The translations under genes were made by a program, and so were the position numbers. The notes beneath the pieces were generated by a model, which saw only the letters and a list, made by a program, of their open reading frames with translations, had not been told where the DNA came from and searched no databases. A DNA stretch of 64,000 nt, from positions 100,007 through 164,006 of the IMG/VR virus record IMGVR_UViG_3300028832_000001. One strand, 5' to 3'. Shown one piece after another: positions 56,939 through 64,000 of the stretch (the first letter of the stretch is position 1; every line of letters begins with the position of its first letter). Source of the stretch: a virus. Taxonomy: Duplodnaviria > Heunggongvirae > Uroviricota > Caudoviricetes.

Positions 56939-58876
56939 ATGGCAGAATTGATAATTCAAAATCCAAGTATAACAACAGACGCCTTTGAATATGATGAAGC
57001 AGGGCGTGTTTCTGCTATTGCTGAACATCCTCTTGCTGGTGGAGGTGGTGGCACAATTGAAAAAAGTGACTTAATGTGGAAACCTAATGTTGGAAGTGAT
57101 GGCTATGTTCGCTGGACACTCGCATCTTCTGCTACGACACCAGACGCAGCCTACATTTCTGGTGCACAAGGTCCCGCTGGTCCACAAGGTGTTTCTGGTA
57201 ATCCTGGTAAAAATCCACTATTCCAGATTAACTCAGAAAATGCTCATTGGGAATGGAAATATTCAGGAGATGAGGGTTGGACAGATCTCGGAGTAGTAGC
57301 TTCTGGTGCTGTTGGTCCACAAGGTCTTTCTGGTGATGATGGTATTTCGCCAAAAGTCAGAATTAATAATTCAACTAATTTTTGGGAAATTTCTGAAGAT
57401 GATGGTAAAACATGGACATCCACTAATGTTTCTGCAACCGGTCCTGCAGGTGAAGATGGTACAAATGGAACTAACGGTGTTTCTCCGACAGTTTCTACTT
57501 CTGCAATTCCTGGTGGTAACAGAGTTATATTTACTTACGACAATGGCGGAACTACTGCAACAGAATCAATCGATGTTATGAGCGGTGTTTCTGGTGCTAA
57601 CGGTTCTGACGGTTTTTCTCCGACAGTTGTTACTGCTGCCATTCCAGTATCAGAACAATTCCCGGCAGGTGGTACCGAGGTTACTATTACAGATAGTGAT
57701 GGTCAGCATATATTTAATATTTCAAACGGCCTGGATGGGCAAGGTGCAACAGTTAATCTTCTTGGTGGAGAAGGTATTGAAGTCACTAAAGTTGCCTCAA
57801 ATTATACTATTTCTGTTTCTGCTGATTATGCAACTAAAGCTTATGTTGAAGCCGCAAGTGCTAATGCTTATAATGAAGCAGAAACTTGGGTTAGAAATCA
57901 AGGTTATTTGACATCAGTTCCTCCTGAATATGCCTTGACATCTGATATTCCTACAGCAGTTGCTCAATTAACAGATAGTGGAAATTATTATAAAAAGGCA
58001 GAAACAAGTGGCGCAACTGAAATTACCAATGCTTTGAGTACAAAACTTGATTCAACTGCTGCTGCTCAAACATATCAAACTAAATCTGATATGGCTAATT
58101 ACTTGACAACAAGCGACGCTTCTACTACATATCAGCCAAAAGGAAATTATGCTTCTGCATCAGATATTGTTGGAATGGCTACTCAGACATGGGTTGGACA
58201 GCAAGGATTTATAACGAAAGATGCTAACGATTTAACATATTACTATAAGAAGACAGAAACAAGTGGTGCAAGTGAGTTATCTACTGAATTTGCAAAGTAT
58301 GTTACCAAACCAGATTCTTCATTAGTAAATAATTATTTAGTATTAAGAACAGATAATGCTGGTAATGTAAGTGGTTGGTGTGACTTCAATGATCAATGTT
58401 ATTCAAAATCAGAAGCATTAGGAACATTTGTTGCTACAGCTAACATAGACACTACAACATTATCAGGTGATGGTAAATCTGTAAGTACAAAACTAGGTGT
58501 AAAGACAGATGTTATTGCTACTACAGATTATGTAAATAGTAGTTTCTTACCAACTTCAGGTGGAACAGTATCTGGTGAAACAATACTAAGTGCCGCAACA
58601 GGAACATTTGATGGTAGTTATCTTAAATGTGTCAATGATGGTAATAATGGTTATGCCAGATTTGGTGTCGGTAGTTATGGTGGGGCTGTAATTAAAGCAG
58701 TAGATGGTAGTAATAATAGAGTTCAAGTAAATGTAAAAACAAATTCAAATAATAATGAATTAATTTCAGTACAAACAAATGATTCTACTATTGGTTATTT
58801 AATTCCTGCCGTAACTTCAACAACAACTGCTGGACTAACAAATGATGGTATTCTACATATTATTGTAGAGAGTTAA
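56939..58876 (+). CDS. tail fiber protein with collagen-like Gly-X-Y segments
   Basis: GAQGPAGPQGVSGNPGKNP, GAVGPQGLSGDDGIS, GPAGEDGTNGTNGVS and GANGSDGFS. The same fiber repeats as the 1128-aa protein follow (YATKAYVEAASANAYNEAETWVRNQGYLTS...). Confidence 0.6.
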   Translation: MAELIIQNPSITTDAFEYDEAGRVSAIAEHPLAGGGGGTIEKSDLMWKPNVGSDGYVRWTLASSATTPDAAYISGAQGPAGPQGVSGNPGKNPLFQINSENAHWEWKYSGDEGWTDLGVVASGAVGPQGLSGDDGISPKVRINNSTNFWEISEDDGKTWTSTNVSATGPAGEDGTNGTNGVSPTVSTSAIPGGNRVIFTYDNGGTTATESIDVMSGVSGANGSDGFSPTVVTAAIPVSEQFPAGGTEVTITDSDGQHIFNISNGLDGQGATVNLLGGEGIEVTKVASNYTISVSADYATKAYVEAASANAYNEAETWVRNQGYLTSVPPEYALTSDIPTAVAQLTDSGNYYKKAETSGATEITNALSTKLDSTAAAQTYQTKSDMANYLTTSDASTTYQPKGNYASASDIVGMATQTWVGQQGFITKDANDLTYYYKKTETSGASELSTEFAKYVTKPDSSLVNNYLVLRTDNAGNVSGWCDFNDQCYSKSEALGTFVATANIDTTTLSGDGKSVSTKLGVKTDVIATTDYVNSSFLPTSGGTVSGETILSAATGTFDGSYLKCVNDGNNGYARFGVGSYGGAVIKAVDGSNNRVQVNVKTNSNNNELISVQTNDSTIGYLIPAVTSTTTAGLTNDGILHIIVES

Positions 58877-58877
58877 T

Positions 58878-60230
58878 ATGGCTAATGATTTTAAATTTGG
58901 AAATAAAGCAATACAAGACTTGTATTTCGGCAACAAAGCCGTTTTACAGGTCTATTTTGGTGATAAATTAATCTGGCAAAAATTACAAAAAATACTTTTA
59001 ACACAAAACGATAATGTGGTAATTGAATATGAACCTTCTGCAAATGAAGAAATAGAACATATATCTTGTTTCTTTAACCCAACGGATGATAATAGCACAC
59101 AAATCTTTTTTAAGATTTTCCACGAATCTGGTCTAGTTGTAGCACAGGTAGGAAGTGATAGTATTGACTCCCAGGTTACAGAATTATATGAATTACAAGG
59201 TCAAAAAAGAATTGTAACATTAAATCCAAAACTAACATTACGTGCTGGAGAAAAATACTATTTCCAATATACTTATAATAATGGTGTTCAAATTAAACCA
59301 ACTTATTTCCAAGGTATGACTGGAAACTATAAAGTATTTAGAAATAATGAAAATAAAAATGTAGCAAATATATCTTCATTAGGTGATTATCTTGGTTATG
59401 TAGATGATTTAGGCGATTTTATGGAAGCATCTAATAATGATTTTATGGTTTGGGATGTTAATGGAGAAAACCTTACACAAGGAAATGTCTATGTTAGAGG
59501 CAGTCAAACTTGCACAAAGTATTATGGTAATTTAGGTAGTGGTTCGTATGGTGGTGCAGAAGCACAACAAATTTATTTTATGCAAGTTGGTGAAATTTTT
59601 AAATGGACTGGTTATAATGGTGCCGGTGATGATAGATTACATTCAAATTATTTTTATAGAAGATTAGACTATCCTATGAAACTGTATACAACAGAAGTTA
59701 ATTTAAACAACTATTCAAATAATATGCAAAAAATAACGGCTGTTATTCTTGGAGCAAGTAAAAAGAATGATGATGAAAATACGGCCGGTGCTAAATTTAC
59801 AGGTAACATTTGGGGATATGCTCCATACTTTGACAACATAATTTACACATTAAATGATGGATATACTGTTGATTTTGACTGGGCAGATGCAGATGCAAAA
59901 ACACTTGTTTTGGAAAATGACCCTGGTACTTATGTAGAAAAAAGATTTTATTATATGAATCATAATAATACTGCAGGGCTATACCTTTATCTAAATGGTA
60001 ATTTAATATTAATGAATGAATATAATGGTGCACATCAAGAAGGTCAATATGATAGAATCATTGACTATATAACTGAAGTAGATGCTCTTAATGCTGTAAC
60101 AGAAGTAGGAACAATAACTTCATTTATTTCAAATACTTTTGATGGAAACTATTATTCAAATAATTTTAGACAAGCGTCATTAGAAACAACAAAGAAATTT
60201 TATCTACAAATTGATGGTAGAGAGGTTTAA
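58878..60230 (+). CDS. hypothetical fiber-module / distal tip protein
   Basis: 450-aa ORF, Asn/Tyr/Gly-rich, co-transcribed with the fibers. Confidence 0.35.
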   Translation: MANDFKFGNKAIQDLYFGNKAVLQVYFGDKLIWQKLQKILLTQNDNVVIEYEPSANEEIEHISCFFNPTDDNSTQIFFKIFHESGLVVAQVGSDSIDSQVTELYELQGQKRIVTLNPKLTLRAGEKYYFQYTYNNGVQIKPTYFQGMTGNYKVFRNNENKNVANISSLGDYLGYVDDLGDFMEASNNDFMVWDVNGENLTQGNVYVRGSQTCTKYYGNLGSGSYGGAEAQQIYFMQVGEIFKWTGYNGAGDDRLHSNYFYRRLDYPMKLYTTEVNLNNYSNNMQKITAVILGASKKNDDENTAGAKFTGNIWGYAPYFDNIIYTLNDGYTVDFDWADADAKTLVLENDPGTYVEKRFYYMNHNNTAGLYLYLNGNLILMNEYNGAHQEGQYDRIIDYITEVDALNAVTEVGTITSFISNTFDGNYYSNNFRQASLETTKKFYLQIDGREV

Positions 60231-61626
60231 AATGCATCAGTTTTATGCTATTGAAAAATTTACAAAAAAATTATTATATCAGTCAGCAAGTTTATATTTG
60301 CTAAAAGATATGATTAAATTTAAAGGACTAACCGAGAGCGATTGTATTATAACAGAGGATGTAGATATGAAGTACATATCACGAATTGTTTATGTGGATG
60401 GTGAATGTGTTTATAACAATAAAGAATTTTGGGTAAATTCAGCTCCTGAAATTTTAGAGAATTTTGAAGAACACGAAGTTCTTGATTTTATGGATAAACC
60501 AGTTGATAAATTTAGATTTGAAACTGAATATAATTCTAATTCATCAAGAATTTCAAACATTGATGGTGTAGCGGGCGAAGTTGACTATAACATCACAGTT
60601 GGTAACGAATTCATTTCGTTGTTCCGTGAAGAATGTATCTTCACTGACTTCCAGACGGTCACACCGCTTGACATCGCTCAGAAACTTCTAACAGTCATCT
60701 CGCTTGTTCAGACAGGTTCATTCCGAGAAGCAAAGATAGTTTTGAAGACAGTAGAGCCTGATGCATTCTTGACAGCTGAACGTTTGAAGAAGTATGAAGA
60801 CATGCTTGATGCCGCTGACGCAATAACTTACGCAACAGCTGAAGATTACTTTTATACAGCCGCTGACATTACAGAAGAACAACTTGAAGAAACATATCAA
60901 AGAATTTATGGAATGTTTACTTCGGAAAAGAAAAGAACTGTAAAATATATTCTTCCACAACTTTCCGAAACTGATAAGATTATTTACTTGATTAGACACT
61001 CTGAAAGAGGAAGCGATACATCTCAGAATGGCGATTTAACAGATAATGGTATTACATTAGCTCAGAATTTTGGTAAGTTGATAACACATGGTTATGAAAC
61101 TTCTAGTGGTGCCGTTAATTGTGAACCAAATAATGCACATTATTTCTCTACTGATTTTGCAAGAACAAAGCATACTGCTCAAATTATTGCAGAAACTAGA
61201 GGCGATACTGATTATGCTAGTTCTGACTATGAAAATATTACATTAATTGATAATTTAATTGCTGGTGATAAATTCTGGGATGCGCATACTTCTGCATTGA
61301 AGACATATGCTTATCATCCTGAAGATTTAACTGAATCTCAACTTGAATCTTTGGGCGTTTCTACAGTAGAAGAAGCAATAACTAAGAGACAGAACGATTT
61401 TGAATCTATTAACCAGAGCTTAATTGCATTAGCTGATAAACGTTTAAATGTAATGATTACACATGATTATTTCTTATATGTTTATCTTGGTGCTGCAGTT
61501 TATACCGATGAATCATGTACAAATCCGGCAAATGTTTGTTCAGAAGTGAATTATCTTGACGGCGCAGTAATTATTATACATGATGATAAAACTTATGAAG
61601 TATATCCAGTAGATTGCACACCATAA
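60211..61626 (+). CDS. protein with C-terminal histidine-phosphatase-superfamily (RHG-type) domain
   Basis: IIYLIRHSERGSD (RHxxR catalytic-type motif) at ~aa 250. 471 aa. Last gene of the fiber operon before a bidirectional terminator. Confidence 0.4.
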   Translation: MMVERFKMHQFYAIEKFTKKLLYQSASLYLLKDMIKFKGLTESDCIITEDVDMKYISRIVYVDGECVYNNKEFWVNSAPEILENFEEHEVLDFMDKPVDKFRFETEYNSNSSRISNIDGVAGEVDYNITVGNEFISLFREECIFTDFQTVTPLDIAQKLLTVISLVQTGSFREAKIVLKTVEPDAFLTAERLKKYEDMLDAADAITYATAEDYFYTAADITEEQLEETYQRIYGMFTSEKKRTVKYILPQLSETDKIIYLIRHSERGSDTSQNGDLTDNGITLAQNFGKLITHGYETSSGAVNCEPNNAHYFSTDFARTKHTAQIIAETRGDTDYASSDYENITLIDNLIAGDKFWDAHTSALKTYAYHPEDLTESQLESLGVSTVEEAITKRQNDFESINQSLIALADKRLNVMITHDYFLYVYLGAAVYTDESCTNPANVCSEVNYLDGAVIIIHDDKTYEVYPVDCTP

Positions 61627-61646
61627 TTAAAAATACATAAAATAAA

Positions 61647-61674
61647 AAAGGTAAGTCAATTAAGACTTACCTTT
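61647..61674. terminator. bidirectional terminator (aaaggtaagtc-aattaa-gacttaccttt)
   Basis: 11-bp perfect inverted repeat between convergent genes. Confidence 0.55.
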
Positions 61675-61698
61675 ATATTTTTGATTTAAAATCGGTTA

Positions 61699-62127
61699 TT
61701 AGCCAACGTTAAATTCAACCGGACGGGCTTCAGGACAGACCGGAATGTTGATGGTCAAGAGACCATTTTCAACCTTAGCGGTGAGTTCCTTCATGCTGAG
61801 GTTAGCCGGAACAAAGATCTTGATAGAGAGCTTACCGCTACCCTTGATCTTACGAACTGTGTAAACACGCTTTGCTTCAGCATCCTTTTCAGCGTCGGTG
61901 ACTTCCTTCTCAACAGTTTCGATAGTAAGATATGCCTTACCGTCTTCAATGGTGCCCTTGAGCTTGATGTCTTCACGGGTCTTACCAACGACTGCAACTT
62001 CAATAGTGCTCGAACCATCTTCTTCGTGAATGATGTTGAGCGGGACATTGACCTTTTCAGCAGTGTCATTAAAAGATGCATCGAATGCATTGAGTTCCTT
62101 GAGAAGATTTTCAAAAATATTATTCAT
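61699..62127 (-). CDS. Hsp20/alpha-crystallin family small heat-shock protein
   Basis: C-terminal GLLTINIPV and central alpha-crystallin-like beta-rich region. 142 aa. Markedly higher GC than neighbouring genes. Confidence 0.65.
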   Translation of the reverse strand: MNNIFENLLKELNAFDASFNDTAEKVNVPLNIIHEEDGSSTIEVAVVGKTREDIKLKGTIEDGKAYLTIETVEKEVTDAEKDAEAKRVYTVRKIKGSGKLSIKIFVPANLSMKELTAKVENGLLTINIPVCPEARPVEFNVG

Positions 62128-62275
62128 AGTATTCTATCCTTTCGAGACCTTACGTGTCTCTTTTCGTTTCATTGTTAAGACATAAATCACATTTGTGTAT
62201 TCATGTTTTAATTGGCGAAACTAACCAATTAAACTCTTGTTAAACTCATTTTCGTTATATTTATAACGAAAATTT

Positions 62276-62731
62276 TTACGATGTCGCCATCATGAGTTTC
62301 TTGTAATCAAGGTAATTCTTGATAGCGAAAGATAAATTCTTTATGTTATTCAGTGTGTTTTCGATGAATTCCAAAAAGTATTTCTGTTGGTTGACCTGTT
62401 TTAGTTTTGCTACATAAGGAGTACAACAATTAATCTGAGAATCAATTTCTTTTGCTGTTTCCCAAAATTCATTGATTGAGATATTGTATTTCTTTTGTAA
62501 TTCCACTGTATTTCTAGGTCTTTTGAAACACTTTGTCAAATCACCGTATAATTCCAACAATTCTACATTTAAGCTTGCACAGACATATTTTTGGTCTTGA
62601 TACAATTTAATCCATTCTTGAATAACAGCTGGCAAAATATTATTCTTTTTAATAATTGCCTCCAAAGTATCAGGCATAGATAAATCTGTTTTTGCTTTTT
62701 CCTCAACTTGTTTAAACGTCTCTAAATTCAT
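62276..62731 (-). CDS. hypothetical protein
   Basis: 151 aa. Start overlaps the NUDIX stop (co-transcribed). Confidence 0.35.
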   Translation of the reverse strand: MNLETFKQVEEKAKTDLSMPDTLEAIIKKNNILPAVIQEWIKLYQDQKYVCASLNVELLELYGDLTKCFKRPRNTVELQKKYNISINEFWETAKEIDSQINCCTPYVAKLKQVNQQKYFLEFIENTLNNIKNLSFAIKNYLDYKKLMMATS

Positions 62732-63174
62732 ACCTTATTTATGTCACGCTCTTTGTAGCGTTTAATGCAATCGGCTACGAGCGGTCCCAAACTTCTGTAA
62801 TATGTTTGGGTAGCGGTGTCATCAATCAGTTTGTAATCATCTACTTCCAAAGGAGTTCTTCCTTCGAAATTGAAAGTAGTAGAACAGCTTAAGTCTTTAA
62901 GATTGATGTCAGTTTCTGCGACATAAAGATGTAAATCTTTATACTTGGTATATAAGAACATACCACAGTCATAAAGATCAGATTCGGTAAGTATAATATT
63001 AGCTTCTTCTTTTAATTCACGTAAAGCTGTTTCTACATGAGTCTCGTTACCTTCTACATGTCCCTTGGGAATATCCCAATTACCGTCTCTATATGAGTGA
63101 CAAGACGGATGACATGCCAAAAGCTTACGAGATGCTTTATCAATAATAATTACACCACAACTAATAGCCTTCAT
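62728..63174 (-). CDS. NUDIX hydrolase
   Basis: Nudix box GHVEGNETHVETALRELKEEANI (G-x5-E-x7-REUxEExGU). 148 aa. Confidence 0.7.
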   Translation of the reverse strand: MKAISCGVIIIDKASRKLLACHPSCHSYRDGNWDIPKGHVEGNETHVETALRELKEEANIILTESDLYDCGMFLYTKYKDLHLYVAETDINLKDLSCSTTFNFEGRTPLEVDDYKLIDDTATQTYYRSLGPLVADCIKRYKERDINKV

Positions 63175-63236
63175 ATAATTCCTTTATCACAAATATAGTA
63201 AAAACGGTTGGTTTTGTAAACGGTTAAAGATTTATT

Positions 63237-63548
63237 TTAAATATATTCCGGATGAGTATCTTTAATATGCTCATATTGGTTCATGAGACTAACATAAAAT
63301 TCAGAAAGCTTGTCAATTTGCATATTAAGCGTTTTAGACTTGTCTTTTACAGTAGGTATAGATTCTTTCGCCTCTGCAAAAGAAACAAGTTTAAACGGCG
63401 TTTTAAAGCAATCTGGATGCGTTTCGCTAATACCCTTTAAAAGATTATACTTCTCAGTATAAAACTCCTCCAGGGTATGCATACGGTTAGTTAAAGTCTC
63501 ATTAGTAGCCTCTTGACGAGCTACACTTTCGTTTAATGTTTCTGCCAT
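63237..63548 (-). CDS. hypothetical protein
   Basis: 103-aa helical ORF co-directional with its neighbours. Confidence 0.3.
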   Translation of the reverse strand: MAETLNESVARQEATNETLTNRMHTLEEFYTEKYNLLKGISETHPDCFKTPFKLVSFAEAKESIPTVKDKSKTLNMQIDKLSEFYVSLMNQYEHIKDTHPEYI

Positions 63549-63557
63549 AGAATTTCC

Positions 63558-64000
63558 TTAAATACTGTAGTTAGGATTCTTGACCTTGAACGAAACGTTA
63601 TAGTCGTCACGAAGTCTAAGAACGAAACCTTCTCTCTTATGACTGAGGTTGTTACCGAAAACGGTATTTGCATCAGATTCTTGAAGCATGATGTCAGCAC
63701 CAGAAACGAATACACCCTTGTCATTTACATGACCTTCTGGTAATTCGTAATTGTCATCAAGAACTGGAACGAACTTCAATCCCCATTGTTCAGCGAAAAG
63801 AACAGAATCTTCGAAATTCAACTTTTCCCACTTGAACAATACCTTTCTATTTATAGTATCTTCAAAATAGACTTTCTTGTAAAAGTCGAAGAAGATAATA
63901 TCAGTTCTTGGAAGGTTATAGATATTCTTTTGAATACCTGGACCGACATGTTCACCACGGCAGAACCATTCACCTGGAATCTTCTTGATTTTTTCATCAA
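63558..64000 (-). CDS. ATP-dependent RNA/DNA ligase-like nucleotidyltransferase, C-terminal part (gene continues beyond window end)
   Basis: The minus-strand frame is open to the window edge (...EWFCRGEHVGPGIQKNIYNL...). Nucleotidyltransferase motif IV (REGFVLRL) and motif V (FKVKNPNY) are present. The protein ends ~6 aa after motif V, so no OB domain follows. The ORF track shows only the internal-Met fragment 63558..63839. Confidence 0.5.
   Translation of the reverse strand, partial: DEKIKKIPGEWFCRGEHVGPGIQKNIYNLPRTDIIFFDFYKKVYFEDTINRKVLFKWEKLNFEDSVLFAEQWGLKFVPVLDDNYELPEGHVNDKGVFVSGADIMLQESDANTVFGNNLSHKREGFVLRLRDDYNVSFKVKNPNYSI

Noticed and set aside
57087-57911. Three plus-strand alternative-frame ORFs inside the collagen-like fiber gene
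   Set aside because: They are same-strand out-of-frame translations of Gly-X-Y-encoding DNA that give Leu/Val/Gln-rich nonsense. The main frame has coherent collagen and fiber repeats.
1-64000. Bacteroidetes-type -7 promoter (TAnnTTTG) interpretation of the recurring TATATTTG elements
   Set aside because: Genes carry strong Shine-Dalgarno sequences (AAGGAG, AGGAGA), which Bacteroidetes generally lack. Two elements show perfect TTGAC-N18-TATATT sigma70 geometry. The motif is better read as an extended -10 of a sigma70-type promoter.
1-64000. CRISPR arrays, integrase or attachment sites indicating a prophage
   Set aside because: There are no direct-repeat/spacer arrays, no tyrosine or serine recombinase motifs and no tRNA-adjacent att-like repeats. 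Content is uniformly lytic-phage-like.

Overview
This window is a dense, AT-rich stretch of a large virulent-type tailed phage genome (Caudoviricetes) with a distantly T4-like replication and recombination core. No host backbone or integrase is present. Recognisable genes include a UvsX-like recombinase, a gp41-like DnaB helicase, a gp32-like SSB, a possible gp59-like loader, an SF2 UvsW-like helicase, an AEP/PriCT primase and a PD-(D/E)xK exonuclease. There is also a terminase large-subunit ATPase-domain ORF that is truncated, preceded by a zinc-finger/PD-(D/E)xK homing-endonuclease-like gene. Further genes are anaerobic nrdD/nrdG, an HNH endonuclease, a DHH/DHHA1 phosphoesterase, a NUDIX hydrolase, an Hsp20 and the C-terminal part of an ATP-dependent ligase-like nucleotidyltransferase. 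The structural content is large. It comprises a 1014-aa beta-helix-like fiber flanked by GT2 and GT92-like glycosyltransferases, three tandem paralogous receptor-binding-type fibers, a 1128-aa repeat fiber, a collagen-like fiber, a 1602-aa secreted cadherin-repeat protein and a TM-rich tape-measure-like protein. Strong Shine-Dalgarno sites and sigma70-like TTGAC-N18-TATATT promoters suggest an SD-using low-GC anaerobic host, and the anaerobic RNR points the same way. The most unusual region is 47.7-53.1 kb. A SemiSWEET (PQ-loop) transporter and two paralogous ~220-aa proteins are interleaved with nrdD/nrdG. They are followed by a second radical-SAM enzyme translationally coupled to a 66-aa Cys/Gly-rich peptide. 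Convergent to that peptide is a late-promoter-driven operon of four paralogs that share a conserved ~17-aa N-terminal SAP/HeH-like motif (M-N-L-x-E-A-x-x-L-L-K-x-x-G-Y), one with a (SSGCG)n Cys-rich core. The same motif recurs in a 428-aa protein at 29.3 kb and at the C-terminus of the 312-aa protein at 15 kb. Other notable items are two SPFH-family proteins (a prohibitin/HflC-like lipoprotein and a flotillin), a ~300-nt GC-elevated non-coding island with its own promoter-like and terminator-like elements, and TATAAATA (T4-late-type) motifs upstream of many late or structural genes. All identifications rest on motif-level reading of the translations. No database searches were run.
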